Shown: positions 59,217-64,000 of the stretch, one piece after another
Layout of the letters: each line of letters starts with the position of its first letter
Numbering within the stretch: the stretch's first letter is position 1
Assembly: GCA_036012755.1 (NCBI GenBank)
Contig: DASCPX010000129.1
Coordinates: 224,001-288,000 of the forward strand
Source: Myxococcota bacterium
GTDB taxonomy: Bacteria; Myxococcota_A; UBA796; CAJQPC01
DNA: 64,000 nucleotides
Reading direction: 5' to 3'
The notes under the pieces: generated by a model
Told to the model about the DNA's origin: nothing
Databases searched by the model: none
The model's input: the letters and a program-made list of their open reading frames with translations, nothing else
Translations under genes and position numbers: made by a program

Positions 59217-60259
59217 ACCTTCTTGCAGCGCCAGAGCGTGTGGCCCCCGACGCCCAGGCGCTCGTACTCACCGACGATCTCCAGCCCCGCATCGTGGATG
59301 CACTCGAGGAGGTGCTCCGCGCTGTAGATGCGGCTCGTGCCGTTGGCCAGGGCCGTGAAGTAGATGCTCGTGCCGTGGAGGGCGTAGCGGGCCACGTCGT
59401 TGCGCTGGCGGTCCCAGTAGTTGTCCATGATCCAGACGGAGCCGCCGTCAGCCAGCGCTTCGGTCGCACGGGTGAGGATGTGCCGGATCTCTTCGAGGGC
59501 GAAGCAGACCAGGAACTGGCTCATCCAGACGACATCGAAGCCGCCGGGGAAGGGTGCCTCGGCGTCCAGGATGTTGATGGGGTGGCCCACGATGCGATCT
59601 GCGAAGCCGGCCTCCTCCACGTTCGCGGCCGCCTTCTCCAGCTGCCCCGGGAGATCGAGGATGGTGATCTCCACATCCGGGTCGTAGTCGCAGCACTTCA
59701 GGGCCCACCTTCCGGTGTTGCCGCCGATGTCGAGCAGGCGCTTGGGCTTGTCGGCGAAGACCCGCGGCAGCACTCGCGGAAAGGCGCCGTCGCTGTAGAA
59801 GTGATCGAAGGCGAACCAGCTCCCCCGGGCCTTGTCCGGGAGCTCTGAGAGCGCCTCGTAGATCGTGGGCCAGTCACCGAAGACCTTCAACCCGGCGGCG
59901 TTGCCTTCGTCGATGGCCTTGTCGAGGTGGAAGAGGCCCTTGTAGCAGACGTCATGGATGAAGTTCATGTTGACCCGGACCATGGGGTCGTTCTGCACGT
60001 AGAAGCCGGCTTTCGTGGCCTTCCAGGTCCCCTCGTCCAGCTCGCAGAGTCCAAAAGAGATGCCCGCCTCGCACAGGGTCTCCACGGCGTACCGGGAGAG
60101 GCCGGTAGCCTCCATCGCCTCCTCTGTGGTCTTCGGGCCGGCGTCGAGGGCCTCGAGGAGCCCCCGCTCCCGCATGACCCGGGCCACCTGGAAGGCGACA
60201 GGGGCGAAGGTGAGGCGGGTGGCCTCGAAGAGGGCTGCGCGTTGGCTGGCGTGCTTCAT
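59213..60259 (-). CDS. O-methyltransferase (Methyltransf_2), similar to those in aryl polyene/flexirubin clusters
   Basis: FAPVAFQ, WPTIYEAL, FDHFYSD, LLDIGGNTG, DLPGQ, WMSQFL, ANGTS. Confidence 0.85.
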   Translation of the reverse strand: MKHASQRAALFEATRLTFAPVAFQVARVMRERGLLEALDAGPKTTEEAMEATGLSRYAVETLCEAGISFGLCELDEGTWKATKAGFYVQNDPMVRVNMNFIHDVCYKGLFHLDKAIDEGNAAGLKVFGDWPTIYEALSELPDKARGSWFAFDHFYSDGAFPRVLPRVFADKPKRLLDIGGNTGRWALKCCDYDPDVEITILDLPGQLEKAAANVEEAGFADRIVGHPINILDAEAPFPGGFDVVWMSQFLVCFALEEIRHILTRATEALADGGSVWIMDNYWDRQRNDVARYALHGTSIYFTALANGTSRIYSAEHLLECIHDAGLEIVGEYERLGVGGHTLWRCKKV

Positions 60260-60313
60260 CACCGGAGCATCCTGGTACCCGGCTTCTGTAAGCTGATGGG
60301 GATGTGAGGACGA

Positions 60314-61207
60314 ATGTCGCTGCTGATCATTCTCGGGTGCCAGGAGCCACGCTACGTCGATCCCCCTGGTCGTGACAGCGAACCAGTCGAGAGCGAGCCG
60401 GTCGTCGATGACAGCCCGAGCGACTCGGAGCGGCTCCACCCCGAGGGCTTCGAGGACCCGGCGGTCCATGGCGTCGAGGCCAAGCAGCAGAGCCAGGTCT
60501 GCGTCGACTGCCACGGGAGCACGTTGGAAGGTGAGGGCGCCGCCGTGACATGTGACAACTGTCATCGGCCCGGATGGCGAACCGACTGCACCTTCTGCCA
60601 CGGCGGATCGGACAACTCGACGGGCGCACCCCCGCTGCACATCTCTGGCGTCGACGATGGCGAGAGCGCCACCTTCGCGCCCCACTCGGCTCACGTCGAG
60701 GACACCGAGCTGCATGCGGCCTTCGACTGCACGGCCTGCCACGACAAGCCCGACGATCCGCTGTCGGAGGGGCACCTCTTCGTCGGCGACTCGACGCCGG
60801 GGCGGGCCGAGGTGGAGTTCTCGGGCGGCATCGCCGCCGGCAGCGAGTGGGACGGCGAGGGCCTGTGCTCGAACCTCTACTGCCATGGAGACGGCGCGGA
60901 CCGCCGAGGCGAGAAGGGTCACATCGGCAGCCTCGAGGCCTGCGGAGAGAGCTGCCACTGGACCTCTGAGAACCAGGGGCAGTCGGTCCTGGGTGGAGAG
61001 CACGATCGCCACCTGGGCGAGTCAGGCATCGGCTGCGTGGACTGCCACAACGACACGGTCGACAGCGACGAGGGCATCTCGGACACCTCGCTCCACGTGA
61101 ACGGCTCGCTCGACGTCGCGCTCGTGAGCTCGCTGGAGTGGAGCGGGTCGACCTGCACGGGTGGGTGTCACGGCAAGAACCATCAAGGGAAGGCCTGGAG
61201 CGACTGA
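60314..61207 (+). CDS. Multiheme cytochrome c lipoprotein (CxxCH/CxxxxCH family)
   Basis: CVDCH, CDNCH, CTFCH, CTACH, CVDCH plus CSNLYCH, CGESCH, CTGGCH; MSLLIILGC. Confidence 0.85.
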   Translation: MSLLIILGCQEPRYVDPPGRDSEPVESEPVVDDSPSDSERLHPEGFEDPAVHGVEAKQQSQVCVDCHGSTLEGEGAAVTCDNCHRPGWRTDCTFCHGGSDNSTGAPPLHISGVDDGESATFAPHSAHVEDTELHAAFDCTACHDKPDDPLSEGHLFVGDSTPGRAEVEFSGGIAAGSEWDGEGLCSNLYCHGDGADRRGEKGHIGSLEACGESCHWTSENQGQSVLGGEHDRHLGESGIGCVDCHNDTVDSDEGISDTSLHVNGSLDVALVSSLEWSGSTCTGGCHGKNHQGKAWSD

Positions 61208-61240
61208 TGGGTTAGACGCCGTCTGCGCTTGGAGGCGGCC

Positions 61241-61495
61241 ATGGAACTGAAGGTTCAGCTCAAGGAGCTCATCATCGAGGCCCTCATGATCGAGGACCTC
61301 GAGCCTGCGGATCTCGAGAACGCCGCGCCCCTGTTCGGTGACGGCCTCGGCCTCGACTCTGTCGACGCGCTGGAGCTCGCCATGGAGATCGAGCGGGTCT
61401 TCGGCGTCACCATTCCCGAGAGCGAGGAGAGCCGCGAGGTCTTCCGCTGCGTCGACACGCTCGCTGCCTACATCTCCGAGAACCGGGCCGCTTGA
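61241..61495 (+). CDS. Acyl carrier protein
   Basis: PLFGDGLGLDSVDALEL phosphopantetheine site; GGAGG RBS. Confidence 0.92.
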   Translation: MELKVQLKELIIEALMIEDLEPADLENAAPLFGDGLGLDSVDALELAMEIERVFGVTIPESEESREVFRCVDTLAAYISENRAA

Positions 61496-61501
61496 AGCCG
61501 G

Positions 61502-62002
61502 CTACTGACTGGCCTCGCTCTCGCCCTCGGCCTGCCCGGTCTGTTCGCCCTTGGCCTCGGCCTGCTCCTCCTCGGTCTGCTGGAGCTTGACCGGAGCTAC
61601 CGGTCCTGTGCCTGGGACTCGCGTCATCTCCCAGTCCAGGGTGCCGAGGCTCTCGCCTTCGCTGTGGACGGCCATCACGATGTCTTTGTCGCCCTCGGAG
61701 GGCTTGAAGGTGTGTTCGAGCTCGCCCATGGTGCTCGTGGGTCCGATGGTGCCGAAGGTGAGGACCTTGCCATTCCACAGGACGTCGTAGGTGCGGAAGG
61801 CTCGCCCGGTCGTCTGGTCCCAGCCGTGTACTGCCAGCTCCCCACCCTCGTTCCTCAGCTGCCACTTGTAGGAGTTGTCGGGGGTCTCCCAGGTCCCCGT
61901 CAGATCGAGGGCCTCGAACGCGGGGGGTGTCTCCGCTTCGGTCTCCTGGCCGCATCCTTGCAGTGCCACCAGAGCCACCAGAGCCAACATCATGCGTGCC
62001 AT
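61502..62002 (-). CDS. Hypothetical lipoprotein
   Basis: LQGC lipobox; LTGTW beta-barrel-like start. Confidence 0.6.
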   Translation of the reverse strand: MARMMLALVALVALQGCGQETEAETPPAFEALDLTGTWETPDNSYKWQLRNEGGELAVHGWDQTTGRAFRTYDVLWNGKVLTFGTIGPTSTMGELEHTFKPSEGDKDIVMAVHSEGESLGTLDWEMTRVPGTGPVAPVKLQQTEEEQAEAKGEQTGQAEGESEASQ

Positions 62003-62072
62003 CAAGTGAGCGATGCTACTGATTCGCTCTCCCGTTGTGCAAGTACGTCGCCCTCAATGGCTTACATATGGA

Positions 62073-62519
62073 TTACCTGGCCGCGCGGCGACGGGCCCAC
62101 ACGAACACGACGGGCCCGATCAACAGGCCGAGCAGGGCACCCAGCACGGCGTCTCCGAGCAGGCAGGACAAGAAGAGGTCGGGCAGCTCCCAGGAGAACA
62201 GCGCGAGCTTCTCGAGGAAGTCCTCTCCCTGGCTCACGTCGATGGTGCGCCAGGTGCCGAAGCGTAGGAACTCGCCGATCGCGATGCCCGCAGCGACCAG
62301 CAGCGGCGCCAACAGCGGGTTGCTGATGTTGGCGGCGAGGTAGACCGTGATCTTGTTCAAGCGAGCCAGCCAGGCCACTCCGATGCAGATCGGCAGGTGG
62401 AGCCCATAGAGCGGCAGCGTGCCGATGAACAGGCCCAGCGCGACGGCCCAGCCGAGCTTCGTGGGCTCCCGATGCTCTTGGAGCAGGTGCTTGAACAGCT
62501 TGCGGATCGCCTTGCGCAT
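62073..62519 (-). CDS. DUF2062 membrane protein
   Basis: P.KLGWAVALGLFIG..P.YG.H, RLNK, NISNP. Confidence 0.8.
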   Translation of the reverse strand: MRKAIRKLFKHLLQEHREPTKLGWAVALGLFIGTLPLYGLHLPICIGVAWLARLNKITVYLAANISNPLLAPLLVAAGIAIGEFLRFGTWRTIDVSQGEDFLEKLALFSWELPDLFLSCLLGDAVLGALLGLLIGPVVFVWARRRAAR

Positions 62520-62574
62520 CGGGGCTTTCCTATCGCGTCGATGGACCCCCGTGATCGGCGCGATATCCGCATCC

Positions 62575-63306
62575 ATGTTTCGCGTGGTGCTCCTGCTGCA
62601 TGTCCTCGCCGCTGTCGCTGGCGCCTGGTTCGTGGGTCCCTGGTTTCCCGTAGCGGTCGTGTCCTCGCTCCTGCTCTTCATCGGCTTCGCTTCGAGCCAC
62701 CCTGGTTGGGGCCTGTTCGGGCCGGCCGTGGTTCGGGGCGCCGGGGGCGATCGGGTCTCGCTCACCTTCGATGACGGGCCTCATCCAGACTCGACGCCAG
62801 CGCTCCTCCAGGCCCTGCGCGATGCCGAGATGCGCGCCACCTTCTTCGTCCTCGTCGATCGCTGTGAGCAGTGGCCGGAGCTGTTGAGCGCGATCGCGGC
62901 GGAGCACGAGGTCGGCCTGCACGGGCTCCGGCACCATCCCTGGATCGCGCTCTGGCCACCGGAAAGAGGCGCAGAGGAGCTGCGGGAGGCCAGGCGGCGC
63001 CTCGCTGAACTCTGCGGAGAGGAGATCGCTCTGTACCGTCCCCCCTTCGGCATCACCTCGCCCAGGATGGTCGAGGCCGTCAAGGCGGTGGGGCTCCGCA
63101 CGATCTGGTGCTCCATGCGGCCTCTCGATGGCATCTCCGGGGAGCCCGACCGCCTCCTGCACCTGTGCAAGGAGGCGCGCGGCGGTGACATCGTCCTCTT
63201 GCACGAGGGCCCGAACCGGCCCGCGGCTGGTGTGCTCGCGGATGTCCTCGCCGACTTCCGACAGCGGGGCTTGCGCTCCGTCACCGTGGGGGAGCTGCTC
63301 GCATGA
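62575..63306 (+). CDS. Polysaccharide deacetylase (CE4/NodB) with N-terminal TMs
   Basis: LTFDDGP, ATFF, HG..H, YRPPFG, IVLLH. Confidence 0.85.
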   Translation: MFRVVLLLHVLAAVAGAWFVGPWFPVAVVSSLLLFIGFASSHPGWGLFGPAVVRGAGGDRVSLTFDDGPHPDSTPALLQALRDAEMRATFFVLVDRCEQWPELLSAIAAEHEVGLHGLRHHPWIALWPPERGAEELREARRRLAELCGEEIALYRPPFGITSPRMVEAVKAVGLRTIWCSMRPLDGISGEPDRLLHLCKEARGGDIVLLHEGPNRPAAGVLADVLADFRQRGLRSVTVGELLA

Positions 63307-64000
63307 AGCTGCTGGTGACCGGAATAGGCGCCTGGAGCGCCGCTGGTCGCGGAACGGGTGCCCTGGTCGAGCTCCTCGAGTCTCGCCGAGCCGCCTTCTC
63401 CGCGGAGCCGCCCTACCCGAGCGAAGGTCTCTACGCGCCCCGCTGCGGCCTGACCGAGGTCGAGCGCGACCGGCCCGCCGAGACCCTGCTCCTCGGCGCG
63501 GTCAGGGAGGCCCTGGCCCACGCCTCCTTCGGCGAGGGTCGCCTGGGCCTGGTCGTCGGCACTTCCAGCGGCAACATCTGCGGACCCTGGGAGCGCTGGC
63601 ATCGCGCCCACCTCGCCGGAGAGCCTGCCAGCGAGGAGGGGACCTGGCGCCAGGACCCCACCAAGGTGGTCGCAGAGGCCATCGGCGCTACCCGCCATGC
63701 CACCGTCAGCGTCGCTTGCGCCAGCGGCACCGCCGGCTTCGTGCTGGCCCAGGGATGGCTCGCGGATGACCTCGTCGATGCCGTCGTCGTGGCCGGGGTC
63801 GATGCCCTCTCTCTCTACGTGCACGCCGGCTTCAACGGGCTTGGTGCACTCTCGAAGAGCCAGCCCCGGCCCTTCCATACCGAGCGGGACGGGCTCCTGC
63901 TCGGCGAGGGCGCGGCTGCGGTCCTCGTCGAGGTCGAGGCTCATGCCTGGGGCCGCGGCGCTACGTCGCTCTGCGAGCTCTGCGGCACGGGTCTGTCCGC
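63303..64000 (+). CDS. Second beta-ketoacyl synthase; runs off the window end
   Basis: Manual translation: MKLLVTGIG..GTSSG..SVACASG..AGFNGL..RPF...DGLLLGEGAA. Confidence 0.85.
   Translation, partial: MKLLVTGIGAWSAAGRGTGALVELLESRRAAFSAEPPYPSEGLYAPRCGLTEVERDRPAETLLLGAVREALAHASFGEGRLGLVVGTSSGNICGPWERWHRAHLAGEPASEEGTWRQDPTKVVAEAIGATRHATVSVACASGTAGFVLAQGWLADDLVDAVVVAGVDALSLYVHAGFNGLGALSKSQPRPFHTERDGLLLGEGAAAVLVEVEAHAWGRGATSLCELCGTGLS

Noticed and set aside
60260..61012. N-terminal extension of the O-methyltransferase ORF
   Set aside because: Antisense to the multiheme cytochrome; the plausible start is 60259.
1..64000. Genome-wide TGA recoding
   Set aside because: Most well-identified genes (dnaX, recR, ABC genes, ACP) end at TGA at the expected position.

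Overview
High-GC, densely coding bacterial window. Gene content suggests Myxococcota or a related lineage (inference): Hanks kinase-AAA-TPR proteins, an FHA-sigma54 activator, DUF2330, Asp/Cys-rich MopE-like surface repeats and a TonB_C-fused receptor. In order, it contains: MopE-like/RCC1 lipoproteins; a Gld-like ABC operon; a PP2C phosphatase divergent from two kinase-AAA-TPR genes; CotH and an FHA-sigma54 activator; an acetate kinase-PduL fusion; MopE/FG-GAP paralogs; a lower-GC-looking mosaic of gene fragments (about 29.3-31.4 kb); a lipoprotein/DUF2330 operon; dnaX-ybaB-recR; a third kinase-AAA-TPR; two GT-C-like membrane proteins; and, from about 53.3 kb to the window end, an aryl-polyene/flexirubin-like type II PKS/FAS cluster with an embedded putative octaheme cytochrome and a TonB-dependent receptor. 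Cross-window patterns are ultrashort uncharged lipoprotein signal peptides, TAnnnT boxes just upstream of start codons (leaderless-like), probable CTG starts in CTGA overlaps, and two in-frame TGA continuations. No rRNA, tRNA, CRISPR array or transposase was recognised. Family calls come from motif recognition by eye, not database searches.
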